Origin: an uncultured Pseudomonadota bacterium
GTDB taxonomy: Bacteria > Pseudomonadota > Alphaproteobacteria > Rhizobiales > Xanthobacteraceae
Assembly (NCBI GenBank): GCA_963817155.1
Contig: CAWFNO010000012.1
Span: 67,814-131,813 of the forward strand
Reading direction: 5' to 3'
Length of the DNA stretch: 64,000 nt
A program made the translations under genes and the position numbers. Positions 26,056-37,080 of this stretch are shown piece by piece (position 1 is the first letter of the stretch; every line of letters starts with the position of its first letter). The notes below the pieces were generated by a model that worked only from the letters and a program-made list of their open reading frames with translations, had not been told where the DNA came from and did no database searches.

Positions 26056-26847
26056 ATGGATCAAACAACCACACTCGCCCGCAACGACCGGCAGCGATCG
26101 GCCGCGCAGCTTGCCGAATTCGTGGCGCAATCGGTCGAAGCGGCGCCTGCGGTGGCCGAGCCGTTCTACCATCTCGAATTGGCCCGTGTGTTTCCCGCCG
26201 ACGTCTACGCGCAAATGCTGGCGATGATGCCCGAGGCCGCCGACTACCGGCCGATGCACGGACGCAGCAAAGTCGAAGGCCCGCCGACGCGCGTGAAGAT
26301 CGATTTGTTCCCGGAATACATCCGCAACCTGCCGCCGCAGAAGCGCGCGCTGTGGGACGTGATCGGCCGCGCACTGTGCTCCGAACAGGTCAAACAGGCG
26401 TTCATGCGCCGTCTCGCGCCGGGTCTGTCGCGGCGCTTCGGGCGCGGCTACGAAAAGACCGGCATGTATCCAATCCCAATCCTCACCCGCGACATTCCCG
26501 GCTATCTGATCACGCCGCACACCGATACGAGCTGGAAGGGCATCACCGTGCAGCTCTATCTGCCGCGCGACGATTCTCACACCAATATCGGCACCATCTT
26601 CCACGCCCAGCTCGCCGACGGCTCGCTGCCCAAGCGTAAGCAGATGCGCTTTGCGCCGAATACCGGCTATGCCTTCGCCGTAAGCGACCACACCTGGCAT
26701 TCGGCCGATCCGGTGGGACCCGAGGTGACAACGCGAGATTCGATCTTGCTCACTTATTTTGTCGACGGCGGCCCGCTGCGCATCTTGCGCAACCGAGGCA
26801 AGCGGCTAGGCAATTTCATCACCAACGAAATCCGGCAGTGGTTCTGA
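26056..26847 (+). CDS. Putative 2OG-Fe(II) oxygenase
   Basis: HxD (PHTD), distal His (WHS) and RxS (RDS) facial-triad/2OG-binding pattern. Confidence 0.65.
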   Translation: MDQTTTLARNDRQRSAAQLAEFVAQSVEAAPAVAEPFYHLELARVFPADVYAQMLAMMPEAADYRPMHGRSKVEGPPTRVKIDLFPEYIRNLPPQKRALWDVIGRALCSEQVKQAFMRRLAPGLSRRFGRGYEKTGMYPIPILTRDIPGYLITPHTDTSWKGITVQLYLPRDDSHTNIGTIFHAQLADGSLPKRKQMRFAPNTGYAFAVSDHTWHSADPVGPEVTTRDSILLTYFVDGGPLRILRNRGKRLGNFITNEIRQWF

Positions 26848-26860
26848 CATTCAGTCCACA

Positions 26861-26876
26861 TTAAAGCCGCTTTAAC
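26861..26876 (+). promoter_or_regulatory. CtrA-binding box upstream of ftsB
   Basis: TTAA-AGCCGCT-TTAAC matches TTAA-N7-TTAAC exactly and ends about 22 nt before the inferred start. Confidence 0.75.
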
Positions 26877-26898
26877 GCGAATGGCGCATCTTGGCTGC

Positions 26899-27216
26899 AT
26901 GGTCAGCCACCGCCGCCGCCACGCGATTCTTACCGCGCTTGCTCTTTATCTCTTCGCCGCGCTGTTCATCGGCTATTTCGCCGTCAACGCCTTCACCGGC
27001 AACCACGGCCTGCGCGCCCAGCAGAATCTCGACCAACAGCTGGCGGCCATGCAAGGCGAACTCACGCTCCTGAAGGCTGAGCGCGTGCGCTGGCAACGCC
27101 GGGTGGCGCTGCTGCGCTCAGACCGGCTGGACCCGGACATGCTCGACGAGCGGGCCCGCGCGCTCATCGGCTATGTCGACCCGCGCGATCTGACGCTGCT
27201 GCTGCCGGCGCACTGA
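26899..27216 (+). CDS. ftsB: Septum formation initiator FtsB/DivIC
   Basis: One TM, G..GL, coiled coil, LDPDMLDERAR; sits between eno and pdhA. Confidence 0.88.
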   Translation: MVSHRRRHAILTALALYLFAALFIGYFAVNAFTGNHGLRAQQNLDQQLAAMQGELTLLKAERVRWQRRVALLRSDRLDPDMLDERARALIGYVDPRDLTLLLPAH

Positions 27217-27392
27217 ACCGCAGCGCTATCGCGCGTTGTCCCCAAGCGTCAATTCGCGTTTGCCGTCAAATCCTTGGCGAAGCGGCCGATGACCGCCCTC
27301 GCGCTTCCGCCGCCCGGCGATTTAAGCTATGGGGTAGAAGACATTTATCGCCCAGCCTCGATTGTCGACCGGACCCTTTCACAAGGATCGTC

Positions 27393-28418
27393 ATGGCCCT
27401 CGCCGAGAAAACCCCCAGCACCAAGCAGAACGGGCCGACGCCAGCCACGCTGGTCGCCGAATTCAGCAAGGAGCAGGAGCTTTCCGCCTACCGCACTATG
27501 CTGACCATCCGTCGTTTTGAGGAAAAGGCGGGGCAGATGTACGGCATGGGGCTGATCGGCGGCTTCTGCCATCTGTACATAGGGCAGGAAGCCGTGGTGG
27601 TTGGCATGCAGATGGTGCTGAAAGCCGCCGACGAGGTGATCACCGGTTATCGCGACCACGGCCACATGATCGCGGCCGGCATGCAGCCGAAGGGCGTGAT
27701 GGCGGAACTGACCGGCCGCAGCCACGGCTATTCGCATGGCAAGGGCGGCTCGATGCACATGTTTTCCAAGGAGCGCGGATTTTACGGCGGGCATGGCATC
27801 GTCGGCGCGCAGGTGCCGCTCGGCACGGGCCTCGCCTTCGCCAACCACTACCGCGGCAACGACAACATCAGTCTGACTTATTTCGGCGACGGCGCCGCCA
27901 ATCAGGGCCAGGTCTATGAGAGCTTCAACATGGCCGAGCTGTGGAAGCTGCCGGTCGTCTACGTCATCGAGAACAACCGCTACGCCATGGGCACCTCGAT
28001 CACTCGCTCGTCGGCGGAAGTGAACCTGTCGCGCCGCGGCATCTCCTTCAATATTCCCGGCGAACAGGTTGACGGCATGGACGTGCGCGCGGTGAAGGCG
28101 GCCGGCGACAAGGCGGCCGCCTGGTGCCGCGCCGGTAAGGGCCCCTACATTCTGGAAATGCTCACCTATCGCTATCGCGGGCATTCGATGTCGGATCCGG
28201 CCAAATACCGCACGCGTGAAGAGGTCGATGAGGTGCGCACGCATCACGATCCGATCGACATGGCGCGCCACCGCATCCTCGAAAAGAAGATCGCCAACGA
28301 AGACGCGCTGAAAAAGATCGACGGCGAAGTGCGCGAGCTGATCAATCAGGCGTCCGAATTCGCCACTCACGATCCCGAGCCGGATGCGGCCGAGCTTTGG
28401 ACCGACGTGTATCGCTGA
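27393..28418 (+). CDS. pdhA: Pyruvate dehydrogenase E1 alpha
   Basis: GFCHLYIGQEA, GKGGSMH, GDGAANQG, YRGHSMSDP. Confidence 0.97.
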   Translation: MALAEKTPSTKQNGPTPATLVAEFSKEQELSAYRTMLTIRRFEEKAGQMYGMGLIGGFCHLYIGQEAVVVGMQMVLKAADEVITGYRDHGHMIAAGMQPKGVMAELTGRSHGYSHGKGGSMHMFSKERGFYGGHGIVGAQVPLGTGLAFANHYRGNDNISLTYFGDGAANQGQVYESFNMAELWKLPVVYVIENNRYAMGTSITRSSAEVNLSRRGISFNIPGEQVDGMDVRAVKAAGDKAAAWCRAGKGPYILEMLTYRYRGHSMSDPAKYRTREEVDEVRTHHDPIDMARHRILEKKIANEDALKKIDGEVRELINQASEFATHDPEPDAAELWTDVYR

Positions 28419-28462
28419 AAAAAAGTTCGTGACTAGGGTCGAGTAGGAAACAGTTCACGCCC

Positions 28463-29866
28463 ATGCCGATCGAAGTGCTCATGCCTGCACTCTCTCCGAC
28501 TATGGAGAAGGGCAATCTCGCCAAGTGGCTCAAGAAAGAAGGCGACAGCATCAAATCCGGCGACGTCATCGCCGAGATTGAGACCGACAAGGCGACGATG
28601 GAGGTCGAGGCGGCGGACGAGGGCACGTTGGGAAAGATTCTCGTGCCCGAAGGCACCACCGACGTGGCGGTCAATACGCCGATTGCAGTGATCCTCGGCG
28701 ACGGCGAGGACAAATCGGCGATCAAGGACGCCAAGCCTGCGCCGGCGGCAAAGCCGGCAGCGTCCGCGCCGTCTCAAGCTGAAGCAAAAGCGCAAGAGGC
28801 CCCCGCGGCGAAAGCACCGGCGAAGGCGCCCGCCGCACCGGAAACAAAAGCTGCCGTCGATCCCGACATTTCCGCCGGCACCGAGATGGTCGCCATGACC
28901 ATGCGCGAAGCCTTGCGCGACGCCATGGCCGAGGAGATGCGCCGCGACAAGGATGTGTTCGTGATGGGCGAGGAGGTCGCCGAATATCAGGGCGCCTACA
29001 AGGTCACGCAAGGTCTGCTGCAGGAGTTCGGACCGAAGCGCGTGATCGACACGCCGATCACCGAGCATGGCTTTGCCGGCCTCGGCGTCGGCGCGGCACT
29101 TGCCGGTCTCAAGCCCGTTGTCGAATTCATGACCTTCAATTTCGCCATGCAGGCGATGGATCACCTGATCAATTCGGCGGCGAAGACGCTTTATATGTCG
29201 GGCGGGCAGATGGGCTGCGGAATCGTCTTCCGCGGGCCGAACGGCGCCGCCGCGCGCGTCGCCGCCCAGCACAGCCAGGATTATTCTTCCTGGTATTCGC
29301 ACGTTCCCGGCTTGAAGGTGATCGCGCCGTCGAACGCCGCCGACGCCAAGGGTCTGCTCAAGGCGGCGATCCGCGATCCCAATCCGGTGATCTTCCTGGA
29401 AAACGAAATCCTCTATGGACACTCGTCGCCCGTGCCCAAACTTGATGATTTTGTTTTGCCGATCGGCAAGGCGCGCATCGCCCGCGCCGGCAACGACGTG
29501 ACCATCATCGCCTGGTCGATGGGCATGTCCTACGCGCTGCAGGCCGCCGAGGAACTGACTAAGGACGGCATTGACGCCGAGGTCATTGATCTGCGTACGC
29601 TGCGGCCGATGGATACCCAGACGATAGTCGCTTCGGTGCAGAAGACCGGACGCGCGGTAACGGTGGAAGAAGGCTGGGCGCAGTCCGGCGTCGGCGCCGA
29701 GATCGCCGCGCGGCTGATGGCGCAGGCCTTCGATTATCTTGACGCGCCGGTGCTGCGCGTCACCGGCAAGGATGTGCCGATGCCTTATGCCGCCAATCTC
29801 GAAAAGCTGGCGCTGCCATCGGTCGCCGAGGTGATCGAAGCGGCCAAAACCGTTTGCTACCGCTAG
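28463..29866 (+). CDS. pdhB: Pyruvate dehydrogenase E1 beta with N-terminal lipoyl domain
   Basis: ETDKA lipoyl motif, Ala/Pro linker, DTPITE, AAQHSQ. Confidence 0.97.
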   Translation: MPIEVLMPALSPTMEKGNLAKWLKKEGDSIKSGDVIAEIETDKATMEVEAADEGTLGKILVPEGTTDVAVNTPIAVILGDGEDKSAIKDAKPAPAAKPAASAPSQAEAKAQEAPAAKAPAKAPAAPETKAAVDPDISAGTEMVAMTMREALRDAMAEEMRRDKDVFVMGEEVAEYQGAYKVTQGLLQEFGPKRVIDTPITEHGFAGLGVGAALAGLKPVVEFMTFNFAMQAMDHLINSAAKTLYMSGGQMGCGIVFRGPNGAAARVAAQHSQDYSSWYSHVPGLKVIAPSNAADAKGLLKAAIRDPNPVIFLENEILYGHSSPVPKLDDFVLPIGKARIARAGNDVTIIAWSMGMSYALQAAEELTKDGIDAEVIDLRTLRPMDTQTIVASVQKTGRAVTVEEGWAQSGVGAEIAARLMAQAFDYLDAPVLRVTGKDVPMPYAANLEKLALPSVAEVIEAAKTVCYR

Positions 29867-29874
29867 GACGCGAA

Positions 29875-31228
29875 ATGCCCACCAACATCCTCATGCCTGC
29901 GCTGTCGCCAACGATGGAGAAGGGCAACCTCGCCAAATGGCTCAAGAAGGAGGGCGACAAGGTCAAATCGGGCGACGTGCTCGCCGAGATCGAGACCGAC
30001 AAGGCGACCATGGAATACGAAGCAGTCGACGAGGGCACGCTCGCCAAGATCGTCGTTCCCGAAGGCACGCAGGACGTGCCGGTCAATGCGCTGATCGCGG
30101 TGCTCGCCGGCGAGGGAGAGGACGTGAAGGCGGCGGTTGGTGCAAAGGCTGCGCCGGCAGCGAAACCAGCGGAGGCGCCGAAACCGCAAGCGGCGCCGCC
30201 AAAGGCTGCTGCGCCCGCTCCGCAAGCCGCACCGCCGGTGAAGCCGACTACCGCGCCCGCGCCGCGGCCCGTCGCGGCAAGCGCCGGCAACCGGATTTTT
30301 TCGTCGCCGCTTGGGCGGCGGCTCGCCAAGGAAGCCGGCATCAATCTTGCGCACGTCCAAGGTTCCGGCCCGCATGGCCGCGTCATCGCGCGCGACATCG
30401 ACGCGGCGAAATCCGGCAGGGGCTTGCGCGCGCCGGGCATTGCGCCGTCCATAGGTGCTCCGGCAGGAGCACCGTCCTTCCCAATAATGTCGGATCAACA
30501 AATCCGCGCGCTCTACGAAGGCGGCTCCTATGATTTCCTGCCGCACGACAATATGCGCCGCACGATTGCGCAAAGACTCACCGCGTCGGTGCAGACCATC
30601 CCGCATTTCTACGAGACGATGGACTGCGACATTGGCAAGCTGGTCGCGGCGCGCGAGGAAATCAATGCCTCGGCGCCCAAGGACAAGGACGGCAAGCCCG
30701 CCTATAAGCTCAGCGTCAACGACTTCGTCATCAAGGCCCTGGCGCTCGGCTTGCAACGCGTGCCCGACGCCAATGTGAGCTGGACTGACGCCGGCATGCT
30801 CAAGCACAAGCACTCGGATGTCGGCGTCGCGGTGGCGCTGCCCGGCGGGTTGATCACGCCGATCATCCGCAACGCCGAAGTCAAAATCACTTTCCGTTAT
30901 CTCCAACGAGATGAAGGATTTTGCCATACGGGCCCGCGCGCGCAAGCTCAAGCCGCACGAATACCAGGGCGGCACCACCTCAGTCTCCAATCTCGGCATG
31001 TTCGGCATCAAGGATTTCACCGCGGTGATCAACCCGCCGCAGTCCACGATCCTTGCAGTCGGCACCGGGGAGCAGCGCGCGGTGGTACGCAACGGCCAGC
31101 TTGCGGTCGCCACCATCATGAGCGTGACGCTGTCCTGCGATCATCGTGCAGTTGACGGTGCGCTTGGCGCCGAACTGATCGTGGCGTTCAAGCAGCTGAT
31201 CGAAAACCCGGTGATGATGGTGGTGTGA
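29875..31228 (+). CDS. pdhC: Dihydrolipoamide acetyltransferase E2, frameshifted at about 30885 in this sequence
   Basis: The lipoyl and E3-binding domains lie in ORF 29854-31155. The catalytic C-terminus (SNLGMFG, DHRAVDG) lies in the other frame (30911-31228). Removing one A from AAAA at 30883-30886 restores NAEVKSLSVISNEMKD. Confidence 0.92.
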
Positions 31229-32646
31229 TGGCTGACACCGCCTTCGACATTCTCATCATCGGCTCCGGCCCCGGCGGCTACATCTCCGCCATCCGCGCGG
31301 CGCAGCTCGGCTTCAAGACGGCGATCGTCGAGCGTGACTATCTCGGCGGCATTTGCCTCAACTGGGGCTGTATCCCCACCAAGGCGCTGCTGCGCTCGGC
31401 GGAAATCTACCATTACATGCAGCACGCCAAGGACTATGGGCTGAAAGCCGACAATGTCGGCTATGACACAGCCGCAGTGGTAAATCGCTCGCGCGGGGTG
31501 TCCAAGCGCCTCAACGACGGCGTCGGCTTCTTGATGAAGAAGAATAAAGTGTCGGTGATCTGGGGCGAGGCGATGATCGACGCGCCCAGCAAGGTCACGG
31601 TGAAGGCGTCCAAAAGCGAAGCACCGAAGGGCGTGCTGGGGCCGGGGAGCTATCAGGCCAAGCACATCGTCATTGCCACCGGCGCGCGGCCGCGCGTGCT
31701 GCCCGGAATCGAGCCGGACAAGAAACTGGTGTGGACCTATTTCGAGGCCATGGTGCCGCCGGCGATCCCGAAGTCGCTGCTGGTGATTGGCTCCGGTGCC
31801 ATCGGCATCGAGTTCGCCTCGTTTTTCCGCACGCTCGGCGCGGAAGTGACGGTCGTCGAAGTGCTGCCGCAGATTCTCCCGGTCGAAGATCACGAGATTC
31901 AGACCTTCGCGCGCAAGAGCTTCGAGAAGCAGGGCATCAAAATTCTCACCAACGCGAAGGTGACCAAGCTCGACAAGAACGCCGACAGCATCACCGCCAC
32001 CATCGAGGCGGACGGCAAATCGCAGACCATCACCGTCGAGCGCGTGATTTCCGCGGTCGGCGTCGTCGGCAATATCGAAAACCTCGGCCTGGAAAAGCTG
32101 GGCGTGAAAACCGACCGGGGCCTCATCGTGGTCGATCCGCTCAACAGGACGAACGTCCCCGGCATCTACGCCATCGGCGATGTCTCCGGCCCGCCAATGC
32201 TGGCGCACAAGGCCGAGCACGAGGGCGAAGTCTGCGTCGAGGCGATTAAGGGCCTCAACCCGCATCCGATCGACAAGCTGATGATTCCCGGCTGCACCTA
32301 TTGTACGCCGCAAGTCGCGTCCGTCGGATTGACCGAGCAGGCGGTGAAGGCCAAGGGCCTCGACATTCGGGTCGGCCGCTTTCCCTTCGTCGGCAACGGC
32401 AAGGCCATCGCGCTCGGCGAGGATCAAGGTCTGGTGAAAGTGATTTTCGACAAAAAGACCGGTCGTCTACTTGGCGCGCATATGGTCGGGGCCGAAGTCA
32501 CCGAACTGATTCAGGGCTACGTGGTGGCGATGAATCTGGAAACGACTGAAGAAGAATTGATGCACGCGATCTTCCCGCATCCGACGCTGTCGGAGATGAT
32601 GGGGGAGGCGGTGCTCGACGCTTACGGGCTAGCGTTGAATATATAA
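31228..32646 (+). CDS. lpdA: Dihydrolipoyl dehydrogenase E3
   Basis: IGSGPGGY, GGICLNWGCIP, GSGAIGIE, HPTLSE. Confidence 0.97.
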   Translation: MADTAFDILIIGSGPGGYISAIRAAQLGFKTAIVERDYLGGICLNWGCIPTKALLRSAEIYHYMQHAKDYGLKADNVGYDTAAVVNRSRGVSKRLNDGVGFLMKKNKVSVIWGEAMIDAPSKVTVKASKSEAPKGVLGPGSYQAKHIVIATGARPRVLPGIEPDKKLVWTYFEAMVPPAIPKSLLVIGSGAIGIEFASFFRTLGAEVTVVEVLPQILPVEDHEIQTFARKSFEKQGIKILTNAKVTKLDKNADSITATIEADGKSQTITVERVISAVGVVGNIENLGLEKLGVKTDRGLIVVDPLNRTNVPGIYAIGDVSGPPMLAHKAEHEGEVCVEAIKGLNPHPIDKLMIPGCTYCTPQVASVGLTEQAVKAKGLDIRVGRFPFVGNGKAIALGEDQGLVKVIFDKKTGRLLGAHMVGAEVTELIQGYVVAMNLETTEEELMHAIFPHPTLSEMMGEAVLDAYGLALNI

Positions 32647-32656
32647 GGAGCGTGTT

Positions 32657-33712
32657 ATGGCCAAGTTTGCAAACATTCTCGAAACGGTCGGCAAGACGCC
32701 GGTGGTCAAGATCAACAAGCTCGGTCCCAAGGGCATCAACCTTTACGTTAAGGTCGAGGCCTTCAATCCGCTCGGCTCGGTCAAGGATCGTCTGGCGCTC
32801 GGCGTCATCGAGGCGGCGGAGAAATCCGGCGAGCTGAAGCCGGGGCAAACCGTAATCGAGGCGACCTCCGGCAATACCGGCATCGGTCTCGCCATGGTCT
32901 GCGCCGCCAAAGGCTACCCGCTGGTCGTCACCATGGCGGAAACTTTCAGCGTCGAGCGGCGCAAGCTGATGCGCTTCCTTGGCGCCAAGGTGGTGCTCAC
33001 CCCCGCCGCCCACCGCGGTATGGGCATGGTCGAGAAGGCGCAGGAGCTCGCCGAGACGCACGGCTGGTTCCTCACGCGGCAATTCGAGAACGAGGCCAAT
33101 CCCGACATGCACTCGCGCACCACCGCGCGTGAGATCGTCGAAGACTTCAAGGGCGAGAAGCTCGACTACTGGGTCACCGGTTTCGGCACCGGCGGCACGC
33201 TCAAGGGCGTCGCCCGCGTGCTGGCTAAAGAACGCCCCGACACCAAGATCGTCGTCTGCGAGCCGGCCGACGCGCCGATGCTGTCGACGCATTCGCCGCA
33301 GGAGCGCAATCCGGACGGTTCGCCGGCCAAAGCCAATGCGGCGTTCAAGCCGCATCCGATGCAGGGCTGGAGTCCCGACTTCATTCCGAAGATTACCGCC
33401 GAGGCGGTCGACATGAAGGTGATCAGCCGCATCATCACCATCGCCGGCGCCGACGCGATGAAATGTGCAAAGGCGCTGGCGCAGCAGGAAGGGATTTTCG
33501 TTGGCATCACCGCGGGTGCGACGCTGGCCGGCGCGCTCGAAGTCTGCAAAAGCGCGGCGCCCGGTTCGACCGTCCTCGCCATGCTGCCCGATACCGGCGA
33601 GCGCTATCTTTCCACGCCGTTGTTTGCCGATGTCGGCGTCGACATGGGCGACGAAGAATTGAAAATTTCCAATTCGACGCCGAACCACCGCATGCCGCCG
33701 AAGGCCGCCTGA
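32657..33712 (+). CDS. cysK: PLP-dependent cysteine synthase family protein
   Basis: NPLGSVKDR, ATSGNTG, GTGGT, PDTGERYLST. Confidence 0.88.
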   Translation: MAKFANILETVGKTPVVKINKLGPKGINLYVKVEAFNPLGSVKDRLALGVIEAAEKSGELKPGQTVIEATSGNTGIGLAMVCAAKGYPLVVTMAETFSVERRKLMRFLGAKVVLTPAAHRGMGMVEKAQELAETHGWFLTRQFENEANPDMHSRTTAREIVEDFKGEKLDYWVTGFGTGGTLKGVARVLAKERPDTKIVVCEPADAPMLSTHSPQERNPDGSPAKANAAFKPHPMQGWSPDFIPKITAEAVDMKVISRIITIAGADAMKCAKALAQQEGIFVGITAGATLAGALEVCKSAAPGSTVLAMLPDTGERYLSTPLFADVGVDMGDEELKISNSTPNHRMPPKAA

Positions 33713-33719
33713 GAATTCG

Positions 33720-33962
33720 ATGGGCGTCTTTGCCTGGATCATTATCGGGCTGATCGCCGGTTGGCTGGCAACGCAAATTCTCGGCGGCCGCGGTGGCTTA
33801 TTGCACAACCTGGCCGTCGGCCTGGTCGGCGCCATCGTCGGCGGTTTCCTCTTTTCCAAGCTGAATATCGCGGTCGAGCAAGGTTTCGTGGGCAGCCTGA
33901 TTACCGCGACCGTTGGCGCCGTCGTTTTTCTGCTGATCTGGCGCGCGATCCGGCATGTCTGA
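33720..33962 (+). CDS. GlsB/YeaQ/YmgE (transglycosylase-associated) membrane protein
   Basis: WIIIGLIAGWLA...VGLVGAIVGG...ATVGAV. Confidence 0.88.
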   Translation: MGVFAWIIIGLIAGWLATQILGGRGGLLHNLAVGLVGAIVGGFLFSKLNIAVEQGFVGSLITATVGAVVFLLIWRAIRHV

Positions 33963-34004
33963 AGTCGGCTTGCGGCGCGGAAGCGGCAGCCGTAAGTAAG
34001 TGCC

Positions 34005-34952
34005 ATGGCCGTCGTCCTCGATCTCAATAGCCCGCGCTCGCGCCACCCGGAAAAGGCGCAACGGCCGGATTCTCCGCTCGCCAAGAAACCCGACTGGATC
34101 CGCGTAAAGGCGCCGGTGTCGGCCGGCTATTTCGCCACACAACGCATCATGCGCGAGAATGGCCTGCACACCGTATGCGAGGAGGCCGGCTGCCCGAATA
34201 TCGGCGAGTGCTGGGAGAAGAAGCACGCCACCTTCATGATCATGGGTGACACCTGCACGCGCGCCTGCGCCTTCTGCAACGTCAAGACCGGTTTGCCCGG
34301 CGCGCTCGATGCGAACGAGCCCGCGCATGTCGGCGAGGCGACCGCCAAGTTGGGCCTCGCACATATTGTGGTCACGAGCGTTGATCGCGACGACCTCACC
34401 GATGGCGGCGCGCAGCATTTTGCGCACACCATTCGCGCCATCCGCGCAGCGTGCCCGCAGACGACAATTGAGGTGCTCACGCCGGATTTCCTGCGCAAGG
34501 ATGGCGCGCTGGAGATCGTCGTTGAGGCAAAGCCCGACGTGTTCAACCACAATCTGGAAACCGTGCCGTCGCTTTATCTGACGGTGCGGCCGGGCGCGCG
34601 CTATTTCCATTCACTGCGGCTGTTGCAGCGGATAAAGGAACTCGACCCGAAGATGTTCACCAAGTCCGGCATCATGGTGGGGCTGGGCGAGGAGCGCAAC
34701 GAAGTGTTGCAGGTGATGGACGACCTGCGCTCTGCCAACGTCGATTTCCTCACCATCGGGCAATATCTTCAACCGACCCGCAAGCACCACGAGGTTATGC
34801 GCTTTGTGCCTCCGGACGAATTCAATGCCCTGGAGGCGATTGCCTATTCAAAAGGTTTCCTCATGTTGTCGGCCTCACCGCTGACGCGCTCCTCGCATCA
34901 CGCCGGCGAAGACTTTGCGCGATTAAAAGCCGCGCGGGCGAACCAGCCGTAA
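34005..34952 (+). CDS. lipA: Lipoyl synthase
   Basis: [12 protein letters not shown] and CTRACAFC clusters, HNLETV, RSSH. Confidence 0.97.
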   Translation: MAVVLDLNSPRSRHPEKAQRPDSPLAKKPDWIRVKAPVSAGYFATQRIMRENGLHTVCEEAGCPNIGECWEKKHATFMIMGDTCTRACAFCNVKTGLPGALDANEPAHVGEATAKLGLAHIVVTSVDRDDLTDGGAQHFAHTIRAIRAACPQTTIEVLTPDFLRKDGALEIVVEAKPDVFNHNLETVPSLYLTVRPGARYFHSLRLLQRIKELDPKMFTKSGIMVGLGEERNEVLQVMDDLRSANVDFLTIGQYLQPTRKHHEVMRFVPPDEFNALEAIAYSKGFLMLSASPLTRSSHHAGEDFARLKAARANQP

Positions 34953-34955
34953 GGC

Positions 34956-35417
34956 ATGCCGCAGTTCTCCACGAAGCGCCGCGTCCGTCATTCTGCGGCG
35001 AACATGTTCGATCTGGTCGCGGACATGGAGAAATATCCGGCCTTCGTGCCGCTGTGTACGCGGCTGAAGGTGCGCAGCCGCACCGACAAGGGCGACGGCG
35101 TCACCGTCGTCAACGCCGAGATGACCGTCGCCTACAAGATGATCCGGCAGACCTTCGTCACCCGCGACACGCTCGACCGGGCGAGACTGAAAATCCTGGT
35201 GGAATATCTCGACGGCCCGTTCAGCAGCCTACAGAACCGCTGGGTGTTTCACCCGACCGGCGACAACGGCTGCGAGGTCGAGTTTTACATCGAATACGAG
35301 TTCAAGAGCCGCACCCTGGCGCTGCTGATGGGCGCGATGTTCGATACGGCCTTCCGCAAATTCGCCGCCGCGTTCGAGAAACGCGCCGACGAGATTTACG
35401 GGCGCAAGACGGATTAA
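34956..35417 (+). CDS. START/Coq10 (RatA/PasT-like) protein
   Basis: MFDLVAD.EKYP.FVPLC, GPF..L.N.W.F, AFEKRA; conserved after lipA. Confidence 0.88.
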   Translation: MPQFSTKRRVRHSAANMFDLVADMEKYPAFVPLCTRLKVRSRTDKGDGVTVVNAEMTVAYKMIRQTFVTRDTLDRARLKILVEYLDGPFSSLQNRWVFHPTGDNGCEVEFYIEYEFKSRTLALLMGAMFDTAFRKFAAAFEKRADEIYGRKTD

Positions 35418-35920
35418 GCGCTTTCCGCCATGTCCTTCAGCATCGCCAGCGCCTGCAGCACCGATTTGTGCCGCACGTCGCGGCGGCCGATATCGCCGTA
35501 ATGCATTTCCTGATGCGTGAGCCGGCCGTCGCGCGCGGCGCAGGCGAAATGCACGAGGCCAACGGGCTTGTCCTTGCTGCCCCCGCCGGGGCCAGCGATG
35601 CCGGTGACAGCGACGCTAAGATCGATATCGGCGTCGGCAAGCGCGCCGCGCGCCATCGCTTCAACCGTTTCCGCACTCACAGCACCATATTTCTTCAGCG
35701 TATCGGCCGGCACGCCGAGCATTACCCGCTTGGCGTCGTTGGAATAGGTGACGAAGCCGCGATCGACCACGTCGGACGAACCGGCAATGTCGGTGAGGGC
35801 GCCGGCGACGAGACCGCCGGTGCAGGATTCCGCCGTCGCCAGCGTCAACCCGCGTGCGCGGCAGGCGTCGAGCACGGCAATCGCGGCCGCGTGCAGGTCG
35901 CCGGTCACGCGGCGCTCCAT
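35414..35920 (-). CDS. CinA C-terminal domain protein (NMN deamidase, PncC-like)
   Basis: [26 protein letters not shown]. Confidence 0.9.
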   Translation of the reverse strand: MERRVTGDLHAAAIAVLDACRARGLTLATAESCTGGLVAGALTDIAGSSDVVDRGFVTYSNDAKRVMLGVPADTLKKYGAVSAETVEAMARGALADADIDLSVAVTGIAGPGGGSKDKPVGLVHFACAARDGRLTHQEMHYGDIGRRDVRHKSVLQALAMLKDMAESA

Positions 35921-37080
35921 GGCAACCGCACCGTTGCGGTCGCAAAAGCAGCGATGCCTTCGCCGCGGCCGGTGAAGCCGAGCCGCTCGGTGGTCGTCGC
36001 CTTCACCGCCACGCGATGCAACTCGATGCCGGCAAGCCGCGCGATGTTTTCGCGCATGGCGTCGCGATGCGGGCCGATGCGCGGCGCTTCGCAAACGATA
36101 TTGAGATCGAGATGGGCGATGCGGCCGCCGCGCGCGGCGACGCGCTCGACCGCAAAGCGCAGGAAGCGGCCGGAGTAGGCGCCGCGCCATTGCAGATCGT
36201 TGGGCGGAAAATGCACGCCGATATCTCCGTCGGCCAGCGCGCCGAGAATGGCGTCGGTCAGCGCATGCAGCGCCACGTCGGCGTCGGAATGGCCGACTAA
36301 CGATAGCGTGTGCGGAATGCGGATGCCGCCAAGGATAACGTGGTCGCCGGGACCGAAGGCATGCACGTCGATGCCGGAGCCGCTGCGCACGTCACCGAGC
36401 GTAGCGAAGGACGCCGCCTCCGCGCGGGCGAAATCTTCGGCCGTGGTGATCTTGATGTTGCCGGGCTCGCCGGCAAAAGCGGTGACCGTCAGCCCCGCCC
36501 ATTCAGCGAGTGCTGCGTCGTCGGTAAAATCGATGCGTCCGGCGCTTGCTGCCTTGCGGTGCGCATCGAGCAGGGCGGAATAGGAGAAGGCCTGCGGCGT
36601 TTGCACCATGCGCAACGGCGTACGATCGACGGTACTGATGACGCGGCCGCTCGCATCGACCGACTTGACGGTGTCGGTCACCGGTAAAGCCGGGATCGCG
36701 GCGCCGCTTTGCCGCACCGCTTCGATGGCGCGCGAGGCCAGTTGCGCGCTGGCGAAGGGCCGCGCCGCGTCGTGCACCAGCACGATGTCGGGCGCATGCA
36801 GCGATAGCGCTTCCAACCCGGCGCGTACCGACGCCTGCCGCGTCACGCCGCCAAACACCGCCGGCAGCAGGTCCAGACCGCGCGCCGAAGTCGCAAAAAG
36901 CGAAACGTCCTCCGGATAAATCACCGCCTGCACCCAGTCGACCGCTGGATGCTCGGCAAATGCGGTGAGGCTCCGGCGGATCATCGGCTCGCCGCCAATC
37001 GGACGGAATTGCTTGGCCAAATCGGTGCCCGCCCGTGCCCCGCGGCCAGCCGCGACAATGACCGCTGCGATACCAGCCAT
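35905..37080 (-). CDS. ispDF: Bifunctional IspD/IspF
   Basis: AAGRGAR, HDAARP, QTPQ, KITT (IspD); G.DVH, HSDADV, KATTTE (IspF). Confidence 0.96.
   Translation of the reverse strand: MAGIAAVIVAAGRGARAGTDLAKQFRPIGGEPMIRRSLTAFAEHPAVDWVQAVIYPEDVSLFATSARGLDLLPAVFGGVTRQASVRAGLEALSLHAPDIVLVHDAARPFASAQLASRAIEAVRQSGAAIPALPVTDTVKSVDASGRVISTVDRTPLRMVQTPQAFSYSALLDAHRKAASAGRIDFTDDAALAEWAGLTVTAFAGEPGNIKITTAEDFARAEAASFATLGDVRSGSGIDVHAFGPGDHVILGGIRIPHTLSLVGHSDADVALHALTDAILGALADGDIGVHFPPNDLQWRGAYSGRFLRFAVERVAARGGRIAHLDLNIVCEAPRIGPHRDAMRENIARLAGIELHRVAVKATTTERLGFTGRGEGIAAFATATVRLPWSAA

Noticed and set aside
28463-30115. Similar DNA at the 5' ends of pdhB and pdhC, plus Ala/Pro/Lys-rich repeats
   Set aside because: These are paralogous lipoyl domains and flexible linkers, normal for alphaproteobacterial PDH.
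34956-35417. RatA 'toxin' as a toxin-antitoxin system
   Set aside because: It is the conserved Coq10/START protein next to lipA, with no antitoxin partner.
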